A stretch of DNA of 63,569 bases, counting the filler, from Hyphochytrium catenoides (Eukaryota; Protista; Hyphochytriomycota): assembly GCA_900088475.1 (NCBI GenBank). It is 8 parts of 8 records of this genome, joined end to end, with 100 filler letters (N's around TTAATTAATTAA, not from the genome) between each part and the next. Parts side by side here need not be neighbours in the genome. Positions count along the whole stretch, not along the records: positions 43,537 to 56,573 come from FLMG01004634.1; positions 56,674 to 63,569 come from FLMG01000417.1; 6 more parts are not named here. One strand, 5' to 3'. How positions within the stretch are numbered: position 1 is the first letter of the stretch; each line of letters starts with the position of its first letter. The notes below the pieces were generated by a model. That model saw only the letters and a list, made by a program, of their open reading frames with translations, made no database searches and was not told the origin of the DNA. Below are positions 50,519 to 63,000 of this stretch, piece by piece. Both the position numbers and the translations under genes were made by a program.

Positions 50519-51663
50519 AAGAGAGCTAGAGAGAAAGCGAGAGAGAGAAGAGACCTGCGATGTCAAAGGTAGCTCCAGGGTCAAGTGTGCTGTTCCAGAT
50601 CCTGACCTTCCCATCCTTTCCGCCACTTACAACGCCCATAAAGGAGCGCAACGGGGAGAGACAGGTCACAGGACCTAAAGATGAAGAGAGGAGAGAGAAG
50701 AGAGAGGGAAGCATACAGCGACGAAATTAAGTGTTTCTCGTTTCCCAGTTCTTATTTTTTGTCCACAGCTTCCCACCACTCTCTTCTTCATGCACGATCC
50801 CTTGCTTTCATTCTTTTCTTGTCATTCTCCTCATCTCTCTTTCTCTTATCTCTCTTTCTCTCTCTACTAACTCTTTCTTTCTCTACTAACTCTTTCTCCT
50901 CTCTTTTTGCCTCTCTCTCCTTCTTCTACTGTCTCCAAATGTTAGCACTCACCGGAGTTATGTGCCCGCACCACAAGGATACAGGTTCTTCCTTCCCAGA
51001 GCAGCAGTCTGCCAGTTATCGAGCCAGTGACGCATCTCTCTCCCTTCAAAGGCGCGGCCGTGAGGAGAGTGACAGGCTTTGTCTTCCTGCCGAAGATCCC
51101 TTTCTGTCTCTCATAAGAAAGAAACGATAGAGAAGTAGAAGCTTCCTCTTTCCCTCCTTCTCCTCCTGCCTTCTTAGTGTTTACGGCTTGTCCCTACACA
51201 TGCAAGAAAGAAAACGAAGCGAACTTATAAGAGATAGAAGGCTTATCCAACAGCTAGGGAGCTCCAAAGATGTATGAGGGGCACGAAGAGAAAGACAGAG
51301 GCGAGAGAGGGAGAGAGAGAAAGAGAGAGAGGGAGAGAGAGAGAGAGAGAGAAAGAGCGAGAGAAAGAAAGAGAGAAAGAGGGAGAGAAAGAGCGAGAGA
51401 AAGAGCGAGAGAAAGAGCGAGAGAGCGAGCGAGAGAAGAGAAAGAGCAGGCGAGGTGGTAGGCGAAAGACGAGCTCGAATGTGTAAATCTGGGGAAGTGG
51501 AAAGGAAACATGAAAGGCATGATGAAGAGGATGGAGAGGGAGTGAGCGAGCAGGAGAGGGAATTGTTCACAGGGAGAGGAAAGAGCGAGAGAAAGATGTT
51601 TGAGGTCTAGGGTCAGCGCGGAATGGAGAGATCTCTCAGGCGGACGAGGAGAAGGAAACAGAT

Positions 51664-51699
<36 letters not shown>

Positions 51700-53144
51700 C
51701 ATTCCTTCCTCTCCCTCCACTGGCTTCCAGAAGTAGCAATGACTGACGCCGCAGGAGATGATCCGACCATCATCCAAAAAGCGGCAATCTAGCACTTTCT
51801 TTGCTGTCGTCTTGGCGGAGAAAATCTTTCTAGGAGGCAAAGAGAGAGAAGAGTCCTTCTCTCCCCAGCGGTAGACCGCTAGACTATGCGAGGCGTCACC
51901 CGCCAGAGAGAGGAGAGATTTTCCTGCCAAAAAAGAGGCACACATATCCCCTCAGCACCCATTTCTATAGGAAGGGAAAATCTCTTGCCCGAATGACGAG
52001 GGAAACCTCTCAAAGGAGGAAAGGAGCCAAACGAAGGAGAAATGGAGGAGACTGAACGCAGTAGAATGCCAACCAGACGGAAGCTCGCTGACAATATAGC
52101 CAAGAGGGCAAGGAATCAGTGACCAGGGAAGGATAAAGCCGGCACATCGAGTGGATGGCGCGTAAAAAGCAGGAGGAGGAGAAGCGCTCAGCGAGAGTGA
52201 GAAAAAGAGAGAGTCAATGAAGATAGAGGAAGAATGGTCTGGGAAAAGATAGAAAAGAGGTACCTATAGGCAGGGAACCGAGACGGACAGGAAGGGAGAG
52301 CAGAAGATCGTCAACAGGCAAACGTAAGAGACTAAGGAACTCACCGTCAGAACTCCAGGCGAGAAAGAGTACGCAGTCTGAGTGGAAGCCCTTGATAGAG
52401 TACTTGAGCATCACCCCGTTGTCTCCCTCGTTGTTTCCTTTCTCTCCTCTCTCCGCGCCTCTGTCTTCTCTCTCCTTCACTCTCCAGATACAGATACGAG
52501 GAACCTCTCCACCTTCTCCTGTTGCCACGATCTCTCCTTCCGGGTGTACGGCAAGAGAGAGGATCTGGTCTGTGTGCTCCAGACCAAATCGCTGTTTCTT
52601 TGCTGTTTGATGAAGGACGACTAAGGAAGAAGCAGCAGGATAGATGATCTCTCCTGTACGATATAGAAAGAGAGACACATAAAGGAGTGGCGTGAAGGGG
52701 GAAGAGGGAAAGAGAATGTGAGAGATTGAAGCGAAAAGACCTAGAAGAGATCCCATAGAAGAGATTAGAACAGGAAGATTGGGATGGAGAATACAAGCGG
52801 AAGGTGGTACATATGGAAGGGCCGTTGGCTAAAGACTAAGAAGAGAGAGAGAGAGAGAGGGAAGAGACGGTCGCAACAAAGCAGGATAAAACGGAGACAG
52901 AGGCAGCGACAGGAAGAGTATTGTGCCAGTGAAAGAGAGATTGAGAGGGAGAGAAAAAGAGGACGGAAAAGACCAGCAGAATGTGTAAACAAAGCGAAGA
53001 AGAGGATAACCATGATAAAGAATGGATTCTCATGCGAACCTGTAGCCAAGTATCTGACGGTGTTCCTGGTATCGCAGTTGTACCCATAGATCCATTCAAG
53101 GTCAAGCGAGACATGNNNNNNNNNNNNNNNNNNNNNNNNNNNNA

Positions 53145-53179
<35 letters not shown>

Positions 53180-55457
53180 CAGAGAGAGAGAGAGCAGAGC
53201 GAGAGGTAACAGAGAGTGTGAAGATGCGAAGGTTATAGAGATTATAAATAACGAGCCAGGAGCAACAAGGTATAATGGCCCAACCCGCGTGAACCCGTCC
53301 CCCTCTCTCTCTCTCCCTCTGTCTCTCTCTTTCTACTTCTACGTCCAGCTTTGCATCACCTATATTGCGCTGGTGGAGGGTCTGAAGGCGTCAGTTGAGA
53401 GACGACGTCTACCCATGGTCGGGCTGGGGCAGGATGGGCCGGAGTCCTAAGCTCTTCAATAGAAAAACGGGCTAGAGACACGAGACAAACCAGAAGAGAG
53501 ACCGAGTAGGTTAAATTTTGCATTAAGAGAAGAGAAGAGAAGAAGGGATGATGCCAGAACACAGTCCAGAGAACCACTATAGCAAGAGCTGAGAGCTGAA
53601 GGCCAGAACGAAGAACGAAAAGAGCTGTAGGTAGCTCTGAGACAGAGGGAAGGAGTAGGAGGAGTCACAATGACAAAAAACAGTCATATAGACAAGTTTG
53701 GATGAGCCAGGAAGAGGTCGTCCCGCTTCCTTCTCACATTCGTCAGGATTCATCACTTTCGTTTCCTTGGAGCTCCTTCGAGGCTAGCGGTGAAGGATCA
53801 ATAAGATAGGGCTTAGCGATCCTCATAGGCGGCATGGCGAAATAGAGGTAACAGAGCCGTCATCGTGTATATGAAAGAGAAGGAAGCTATAGTTTCTCTT
53901 TGTCACCAGGAGGACATAATCACTCGCCACGACAAGAATCATATCTTCGCTCCCCATAGTCAAACATATGGGTGAGAAGAATCATCTTCTCTCCTCCTCT
54001 CTCCCGTCCTTTCTCTCGTGCTGCTTCTCTCTCCGTGGTCATCTCATCCTTCCCTCTCCACTCCTCCCTCACTCTTCATGGCCTGGCTTGGCTCAAATTT
54101 TGCTTTACCTCTACGAGCGCCTCCACCTCGCTGTCGGCTAAATCTTCTTGTCCGTCTTCTTCATCCTGTACGGCGGGGTCGTGATACATCACCCAGCTGC
54201 GAATCTCAGGGTCAGAGAGCGCGAACTGCTTCACATCTCGGATAGAGATCTTTCCATAAGGATCTTTCTGATAGTTCTTAAAGGCCTACACGAGGAAGAG
54301 TGAAGAGAGGAAGGGTGGTCATAAAGGCTGAGAAGAGAGAGGTAGGGAGAACGAGAGACATAGCCATAGAGAAAAGGACATAAGGAGGAAAGCCTAGAAA
54401 TGCACATGAACGAGCAGGACTTGCGGTAGGGTCTTCTGTCCTGAAGCACATATAAGGAAGTGACATAGAGAAGAGAGAAGAAGATCTAGAATGGTAGATT
54501 AATTCATCGTTGCTCCTTTGCTTACTCTCACTCCTAGCTTCTCAATCTGTAGCTCACTGGGCACCATGCATCCCTTGGTAATCTTAGAAAGTCCCGTCAC
54601 TGTGCTCTTCAGACATAGAGACAGCTCATCCAGCGTGATTTCTCCACTCTCTTCAAAGTCATAGCAGTTGGCCGTGAAGATTATCTTTCGATCTACTTCC
54701 ATCCCTGAGGTCATCGCAAGAGTAGCAAGGAACTCGAGAGCGTCGACAAGTCCATTCTAGGAGAAGTAAGCAAGAAGAGGATAGTTAGGCCGATGACATG
54801 TTAGTAGAAGGCACAGAAGAAAGAGGAATGACAAGCACATAGGTAGCATCGCCGCCTTATCGTGCGGCTCATTAGACATTCAACGAAGCTCCTGATAAGA
54901 AGGAATAAGCACCAGGATCTTGAGAAGTTTTGTACGACGGGCAGACCTTGTCCGTATCCAGAGCTCTAAACAGCTGTGCACTCAGTTCATCAAGATCTTT
55001 TCTGGTTGGGATCTGTAGAAACGAGCGGTGGTCAGATGGGAAGCGGCCGTCGAAGAGAGTACGTCCTTTGGAGTCAAGAAGGGCAGGGTAATAGAGACAA
55101 CAAAGAAAAGTCCTACCCCAAGGTGCTCTTGCAGGGGCGCCAGAATGTCCTTGACTTCCACTTCGTCCAGCCCAAAGCCCTCAGCAACCTCATTGAAAGT
55201 GTTCCAGCACTTGTTGATCTTCTCTTCAGGCACTTCACAGGCGGAAGCAGGGGCTTAGGTACTCTAGGGAAGGAAGGCAACGAAGAGAAAGTCTTGGCAG
55301 GAGCGAAGCCCAGGGAATGCTAGAGGTGAGGTAGGAGTCAGAAAGAGAGAAAGGAAGCAGGAAAGCAAGCACCAACGAGACAAAGAGATAGAGGCTTACG
55401 ATCAAGGAAGGGCTTGACGGGGTCGATGCGCACTGCCTTGCCGCTCACTTGACCCAT
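43537..55457 (-). CDS. EML5/6-like WD40 (HELP/TAPE) microtubule-associated protein with N-terminal EF-hands; many exons, 3' partial
   Basis: ATG 55457 gives MGQVSGKA..PFLD|LPEEKIN. EF-hands: DTDK|NGLVDALE and DFEESGEITLDE. HELP motifs: LDLEWIYGY (~53100) and LILEWVYGY (~45560). WD repeats: HTDQILSLAVHP, GHSSSIAGVKF, SGDNFGRIKL, HNDEISCLDLH, GFHRRGISAVRFS. Confidence 0.9.
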
Positions 55458-56036
55458 CTCTCCACACTGGTAGTCCTGGACTACCTCTTCTTGAGACTCC
55501 TTCCTCTATAGCTTGTGACGAGCCTCTCTACGGCGCACTTCAGCGATCTGCGTCAGATAGGAGGTGTTACCGCGGCAGGAGCGCTCCGTATGAGGAGGCA
55601 AGAAGGGTTGTCACGTTATCTATTCCTTGCCAACTTCTCTTGATCTGTTTGACAAGAGCAGACCCTAGTGGTTGCTTTTGAGGAGACAGCCCTTTGGTAC
55701 ACAGCTCCGGATAGCTGGCTAGAAGCCTAGTGAGCGCGGTTGGGGCTCATGTCTCGGGCGAGGAAAATGTCACCAGCTGGTTGCTGCTCAATGGTGACCT
55801 GATGGGCAAGGATCAGTTCAGTTGGACATGTAGGTTGGAGGAGCGAGGAGGATAAGATAAGATGAAGAGAGAGACTAGTTAAGGCGAGGCTGATAGATAA
55901 GAGGGAGAAAGAAGCAACTCAAGGGTTGAGAGACACAAGAGAGAGAGAGACTGACTGCCGAGACACTCAAGAGAGCGACAAGTTGACGAGGGAGAGACAG
56001 AGAGAGAAGAAGAGAGAAGAAGAGAACAGAGAGAGA

Positions 56037-56067
<31 letters not shown>

Positions 56068-56573
56068 GGAGAACAAGAGAGAGAGAGAGAGCGAGAGCGA
56101 GAGCGAGAGAGCGAGAGCGAGCGAGAGAGAGAGAGAGAGAGAGAGAGACGAGAGAGAGAAGAGAGAGAGAGAAGTCAAGACGCGCTGGGGTCCTTGGATT
56201 CGGTCGTGACTCTTCGCCGCTGGCTCGAAACGACCAACCCCCCTAAAACTTCAGGAGTCAGTAATAAATCTAGGGAGTCGCATAGTATGATTTTCCCTCA
56301 GAGACTGATGAATTGATTTATAAACTGAAAAGAGGAACCTGTCCATACTGATTATTGCTTCTTTGATCAAGCGATGATTCGCTTCGTGTGATTATTACGT
56401 CATAGATTTTTTATCCCTGTAAAGAACGAAGAGCGGAGGAGTTTTCATAGAGTTGATGATGATGATGATGAATGATGATCTTCGGTGACAAGCGGCAGTA
56501 GTCGAGCAGTGCAAACTAATGATGTCACTAGTCAAGCCGCTTGAATATGATGATGCTTCTTCTGTTCTGAAGC

Positions 56574-56673
56574 NNNNNNNNNNNNNNNNNNNNNNNNNNN
56601 NNNNNNNNNNNNNNNNNTTAATTAATTAANNNNNNNNNNNNNNNNNNNNNNNNNNNNNNNNNNNNNNNNNNNN
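56574..56673. other. Artificial contig linker
   Basis: N44-TTAATTAATTAA-N44. Confidence 0.97.
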
Positions 56674-56856
56674 TCCTTCGGAGATGGGAGCTTCCAACGA
56701 CTTGTCTCTCGCTTAGCCGTGACAGTGAAGTGCTTGGTTGTTGCTTCTTTCTCAATTCCATTCTATTCGTCTGCCCCACTGTTCTCTCTCTCTTCTTCCT
56801 CTTTCTCAGCGTATGGAAGCCTCTCAACTTACTCTTTTTCTCTCCTTCCTTTCCAG

Positions 56857-56972
56857 GCGTAGCCTTTCTTCCAGGCTCTGCTTTTGGATGCCCTCCTGCT
56901 GCTTTCTTGGCGAGGATTGCTTACGTGGACTTTGACGGCGGAGCAGCGCTCGATGCTATTGACAGCCTACCG
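56857..56972 (+). CDS. Exon of a class I/II PLP aminotransferase (C-terminal part, partial)
   Basis: CAG/GT-bounded exon reading GVAFLPGSAFG..LARIAYVDFDG, matching the 'V..PGS.FG....R.A' C-terminal motif with the substrate-binding Arg. Confidence 0.65.
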
Positions 56973-56983
56973 GTACATCAGTT

Positions 56984-57018
<35 letters not shown>

Positions 57019-57374
57019 CTCTTTTTTTGTGGTTTCCCTGTCTCTCTCTTTCTAACCATGTCTCTCCTTCGTATGTTTTGTCTTTCTCTCTCATCTCATC
57101 AAGGGCCTTTCTTCCTTTCTCTCTCTCTTTGGCAGGTCTTGTCCTTTCATCTTGCTCAAAGAATAACTGCTCTACCGTTTCCTCACATTTCTCTCTGTGT
57201 GTGTCGCTCTCTCACTTTCGCTGTCTCTCTCTCGCCCTTTTGCGGGCGTGGATAGGAACACGTGGCTTTCGATTGTGAGGAAGCCGAAGTCTTTGTTCGT
57301 AGTCACTGCGGAAGAGTCGTCAGTGGGATAGAGAGGATTTGTCAGTGGATAGAGGAGCTTCATTGAAGAACGAT

Positions 57375-57670
57375 AGAGAGCGACATAGAGAGAGAGAGAA
57401 ATGAGAGAGAGAGCGACATAGAGAGAGAGAGAAATGAGAGAGAGAGCGACATAGAGAGAGAGAGAAATGAGAGAGAGAGCGACAGAGAGAGAGTGACAGA
57501 GAGAGAGCGACAGAGAGAGAGAGCGACAGAGAGAGAGAGCGACAGCGAGAGAGAGCGACAGAGAGAGAGAGCGACAGCGAGAGAGAGCGACAGAGAGAGA
57601 AGAGCGACAGAGAGAGAAGAGCGACAGAGAGAGAGAAGAGCGACAGAGAGAGAGAGCGACAGAGAGAGAG
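57375..57670. repeat. AG-based minisatellite (33-bp unit x3 plus AGCGACAGAGAG variants)
   Basis: ATGAGAGAGAGAGCGACATAGAGAGAGAGAGAA repeated, followed by many GAGCGACAG motifs. Confidence 0.85.
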
Positions 57671-58434
57671 AAGTAAGAGCCGGTTTTGCATGTCCATAAT
57701 AAGCACGACCATTATCTCGATCTCAGATGTTTATTTGAGGGGAAGAGAAAAGAGAGCTGAGAGAGGAGAGGTAACAAAGAGAGACTCGATATGCAGAGGA
57801 CCAAGAGAGGGAGAGAGGGCATCAGAAGGTCTTGATTTTTCCCAGATCTTGCACCGGCCCCATTGTCTTTCCTCAGGCTCTCCACCCTGAAGCTCCATCA
57901 AAAGCTCTAACAACCAGGGAATCAAGCTGAGCATCTAGAAGAGAAAGAGAAGAAAGCTGGAACACAGAGGAAGAAGAGAGAGAGAGAGAACTGAAAGCTG
58001 GAATACAGAGGTAGAAGAGAGAGAGAGGGAGAGAAAGAGGACTGAGAAGAGGAAAGACGTTCCAGCTACCGAGGAAAGCCCATAGAGCACTTGTCGAAGC
58101 TCGTATTTATATCGTTCAGTAAGGGAGACCAGAAATGGAGTGAGAGAGAGAAGACCTGACTCTGTCTCTTTCTCTCTCGGTTCCCTTGTAGCTACACTGA
58201 GGCCGGACGTTAGAAAGAAGTGATAGTCCAGTCATTGTCTTTCTGGAACTAGCACCAGCCGTCGGACAAAGGGAGGAGAGACAAGAATTAAGAGAGAGAG
58301 AGACTCCTCGTCCTTTGCAGAAGAGACTCTCTTTCCCCCTCGTTCTTAGCTATACCCATAGCTAGCCAATTCATAAAGCCCCTCGTGATTCTCTCTCACT
58401 TTTCTCTGTCGTCTCTCTCTCTCTCTCCTCTTCC

Positions 58435-58489
<55 letters not shown>

Positions 58490-58491
<2 letters not shown>

Positions 58492-59081
58492 ACGACTCTG
58501 TCCAGCGGGTCTCATCTCTGATATGAGCATACTCCTCAGGCGTGAACTCTTCCTTGATGTTGAGCACTTCTCGAATCTCATCCGGACTCTTGTTCTTGAT
58601 CATCGTCGAAGCTTTCGCGCAGGTCAGGTCGAACAGTCCCTTTATGTCCAGATAGTTTGCTGCTAATAGTAGGGAGAAGAGAGACTCTGTCTCTAGCCCG
58701 TCTACAAAGTCTGCGTACCAGCGCGGGACGGCGTCTGCCATGTTGTCGCTGGTTAAAGGCTTGACAATCTCTGGCAAGGGAGACTGGGCGTTTTGCCTAA
58801 GAAATTCTATGACTTTTGCCATGATCGGAGCTTTGACATTGGCCACGGGGATCGTTTGTGGGGCTGGGCGGTTTGGAAGGAGAAGAGACAGGAGAGAGAG
58901 AGAGAGAGAGAGAGAGAGCCAGAGAGGGAAGGAGTGGAGGAAGGGGAAGAAAAAGAGAGAGAAGGGGAGAGAGAAGTTTTGCGAAGACCAGGAGAGAGTG
59001 AGTCACACCGAGGTAGAAGAGAAGTGGATCCCAGCAGAAAGAGGCAGTAAAGGAAGTAGAGGAATTGAGTAAAGCAGCGAG

Positions 59082-59142
<61 letters not shown>

Positions 59143-59572
59143 CAGAGGAGCCCAAGATGGGGAGCGCAAAGGAGAGAAGAAAGCAGGCAGGCAGCAGGGC
59201 CAAAAAAGTTAGATCGCTATGTATCCGGCAGGAAGAGAAAGAGGAGTAAGACTAAGAGAGAGAGAGAGAAGGCTTAACCAGGAGACGAGAAAGAAACAAT
59301 GATCCGCGACAGAGAGAGAGAGAGAGCAACAGAGAGAGAGAGAGAGAGAGAGAGAGAAGGCTAACCAGGAGACGAGGAAGAAACAATAATCCGCCACACA
59401 GAGAGAGAGAGAGAGCAACAGAGAGAGAGAGAGAGAGACAGGAGCACAACTTACCGCTTCCCTCGTCATGGTCTCCATCCTCGACCAGAGAGGCCAGGAG
59501 CCCACTCGAGGTCTTCACTTCTTCAGCGTCCACCTCAAATTCCTCTCCGTCAGCCGTAAGAATGACCTTCAT
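58490..59572 (-). CDS. SKP1: SKP1 family protein (exons 59572-59455 and 58863-58490)
   Basis: MKVILTADGEEFEVD..; IPVANVKAPIMAKVIEF; W.ADFV..LFSLLLAANYLDIKGLFDLTC..IKNKSPDEIRE..FTPEE..IRDETRW*; phase-1 GT-AG intron. Confidence 0.93.
59261..59430. repeat. Imperfect tandem duplication (~85 bp) in the SKP1 intron
   Basis: GAAGGCT(T)AACCAGGAGACGAG..GAAACAAT.ATCCGC.ACA.AGAG..CAACAG present twice. Confidence 0.8.
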
Positions 59573-59933
59573 CCTGTCTCCCACGGACGGTTCTCTCTCT
59601 CTTTCTCTCTCTCTCTCTCTTCTTTTCTTCGAGAGTAGCGCTACTGATGTCTCCCACTCTCTCTCCTGTTTCTCTTCAGAAAGAGCTGATGATAGAGCTC
59701 AACAAGAGAGAGAGAAGCACACCGACTCAGGGAAAAGAAAGGGTCTGGGCTGGGTTGGAGACGACGACAACAGCAACGAAGGGACGAAGAGAGAGAGAGA
59801 GAGAGAGAGAGCGCAAAACTCACAGGCAGAGAAGAGGTTGCTAAGGGAAGTCTTGAAACAGAGAAAGAGACAGAGAGAAAGAGAACGAGGAAGAGAGACC
59901 CCAGAAAAGAGAGAGAGAGAGAGACAAAGAGAG

Positions 59934-59990
<57 letters not shown>

Positions 59991-60043
59991 AAGAGAGAAA
60001 AAGTAAGAGGGAGAGAGAGAGAAAGAGAGAGAGAAAGAGAGAA

Positions 60044-60088
<45 letters not shown>

Positions 60089-63000
60089 AACATCAGAATC
60101 AGACCTCATCAAGCTTGGAGTGGTCGATGTTCAGCATCCAATAGTACTGATCCAGAATGAATATTAGACATTAGCGGTACACCCTCACAGTTTCCCTACA
60201 CGATTCCGTCGCAAGAGATCAACAGAAGGAGGATTCTGGATAGCTACTGCCTCCTCCATCCTCCACCGTCCGTCCGTCGTCAGAAGCTTCCCAAGAAGCA
60301 GCACTCATCCTCCTCTCTCTCTCTTCTCTGCAGCAGGCTGCACCAGGACGAGGCAGTGGCTAGCCGTCCGTCCGTCTCGAAGCAACTTCAACCTGTCTTC
60401 TCGCTGCCTCTCTGGCTGCTAGATGCTTGAAGGAGGATGGTGGTCCTCAGCGAAGAGAAGGTAGAAGAGTTTCTATGATGCGTGTTCATCGTCATCATTG
60501 TGGTGATGGTGATCTTGAGCATCATCATCATTATCGAAGAAGGCTCATTCTTGTTTCTCTCCTTTACTGGTCTCTTTCTCCTCCTAGTCTTGTCGTCATT
60601 GGAGCATCAGATGTCTCATCGGCGGATACCGCTGTCCTTCTGTAGACCTGCTCCTGCTCCTCCTGTGGCACCCTCAGCAACGAGGACCACCATCTTATTG
60701 TTCTCCGCGAGTCTCCTCATCGATTCTTCTTTGCACCACATTCAACAACCACCATGATCCAGATGCACTAAGGACACTTTGGTTGTTGGCTGGGGTCCTG
60801 CAACTTTTGCTCTGTTCACTCCGGCTTCTTCTGAGATCGTTGATGATGGTGGTGACTGTGCCCATGTCCCTACCAACTAGCGCTGCAACTGCCAATATCG
60901 TTGGCGGCGGCGGACGACGGCGTGTCCCAGAAGGTTGATCATCGATCATGTGGCGCTTAACCATTGATGTATGCGATCCATATCAGCAGCAAACGGGCCA
61001 TAATGACTACATTAGGAGGAAGCGAGCAGGGACACAGCGCCGGATGAGGGAGAGATGTCCTTGTGGTTAGTTGCTTAGAACGAGGTCCAAATGAGTGTTG
61101 TCGTTGACAACATGATGAGAGAGAAGAGAAGCACTGGTGTGCTTTGCTTTTCGTCGTTTAGCTTCCTCCCTGCATGTCACGTTCTGCTAGTATGCTTAGT
61201 GCTAGGAGAGGAAGGAGGCGGAGGAGGGAGAAGGAGTGTGTCCTATCGTTGTCACATCCGTACCAGTTACCGTCATAAATGGTAGAAGATGTTGATCGTC
61301 TGTTACTGCTAATACGACGATGAAGCAGCCTGCGGCAGGACGACAACAACCTAATGCTCTTCTCCTGCCAGCGGCACCACGTACATTATTCTCACTCCGC
61401 CACGGCTGTTCTCTTGGCTTTCAGACGAAGATTCTGCCAAGGTTGCGATCGATATAGAGGAGATTAGTTCTACTACTTTTCCTACAGAGAGTAGTGGAGG
61501 TGATGGTTGTTGTATGGATTAGCGAAGAGACATAGGAAAACAAAAGGCGGCGGCAGCGGCAGCCTCCCACTCTCTTCCGAGCAACGGACGGAAGGCTAAT
61601 GAGGGAGAAATAAATTTTAGTCCGCTGCCGACTTATTAGTGTCGCCCCGGCCGCCGCTGCCGGCTTCTTATTGTCGGCCCGGCCGTGCGCTGCCCTACTC
61701 GGAGGTAGTATACGTAGTTGCAGCAGCAGAAGTTACTCGTCGCCTGGTGGCCAACGGCGGAATGTATGAAGAATCGAAAGCAACAACAAAGCATCGTGCT
61801 GTACTACTGGTGCTGCAGCCGCAGCGGTGTTGCTAGCATCATGGAGGAGAAGGACGACGACGTAGATGACTGCTAGTGCCTGCTTACTGGTAAATAACGG
61901 CGGATTGACCTGGACCAGAAGAAAGACCGCCTTCTCCTCCTTCGTCATCTCTCTCCTCTAAGCAGCCACTAGTAGAAGAAGATCCCTTCTTCTTACTCTT
62001 CTGCGGATCTACTACTCCATCGTACAGCGGATGCCGCCAGCAGCCTCCCGACCTGTCGGTGGTGATGGCGCCAAGAGCTATATGCGCGGCAGCAAGAAAG
62101 AAGAAGTCTCCTCATTCTTCTTCGTCATCACCTCCTCTTCTTCTCCTCCGTCCATCACCATCGGAAGAAGAAGAAGAAAGAAAGGCTCTACTAGATAATA
62201 AGCGAGATAGGAGAGGCAATGTAACATCCCTATTTCCCTATTTTTGTTATTATTTGAGGTGGCCCTCTCATCAGCCAATCACAGGTTTCACAAATGGCGA
62301 AATAGCGTAGAGTCTAGCGCAGGTCTACATTCGTTCACTAATCTATTGCCCCACACAAGCCGAAAACACCCGAGATTTGCCCGAATCAAGAGTTTGTACT
62401 AAAACCCACCACCAAAACAATGACCCTCTAAGCGCTTCAGATTGACACCTCGTACCCTTCTTACTATGACACCCGCAAAATTGTTACTTGCGGAACGAAT
62501 ATTAGGGTATTAAGGCCTGTAGGCAGTTTGGGTGTCCCATTATTACTGGCTTGTAAAGGAAGACTGTGTACCTCGGTACCTAGGGGGGGTCAAGTGGGGG
62601 GACTCTGCGGTTCTAAATCTAGCGCGCCCTTGTATCTCGATCTGGGTTTAGCGCTACCCGCACACTAGACGAAGCTTTGGCGGCGGGGCCCCAAGGAAGG
62701 AAAGAAGACTTCTCTTCTTCCTCGTGATGATGGATGATCGATCGATCGATGTTCCTCTTGCTTCGCTGCTGGCTGCTCATCACTGCTGCTGACAGGCGGC
62801 GGGACTCAGTCTACGATCATCATCTTCTTCGCTGATGATCCTGTCATCATAGCAGCGCTGCTATTGACCCTGCCAGCTGCTGCTGCCTCCTCCTACTGCT
62901 ACTGCCTGATGCTCGCTGGTGATTGCTGCTTGCGTCGTGGGTGCCTGCTGCGTGGTGCTAGCTGTTGCCTGTTACTAGCTGCTGCTGCTGCTGCGTGCCT

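Noticed and set aside
59562-60160. The many SLSL/RERE ORFs here and throughout the window
   Set aside because: Translations of (CT)n/(AG)n microsatellites, which lack stop codons.
62538-62546. CATTATTAC resembling a CRESS-virus origin nonanucleotide
   Set aside because: No flanking stem and no Rep-like ORF nearby.
62220-62700. TGTAACATCC as a possible LTR start
   Set aside because: No second LTR, PBS, PPT or target-site duplication identifiable.
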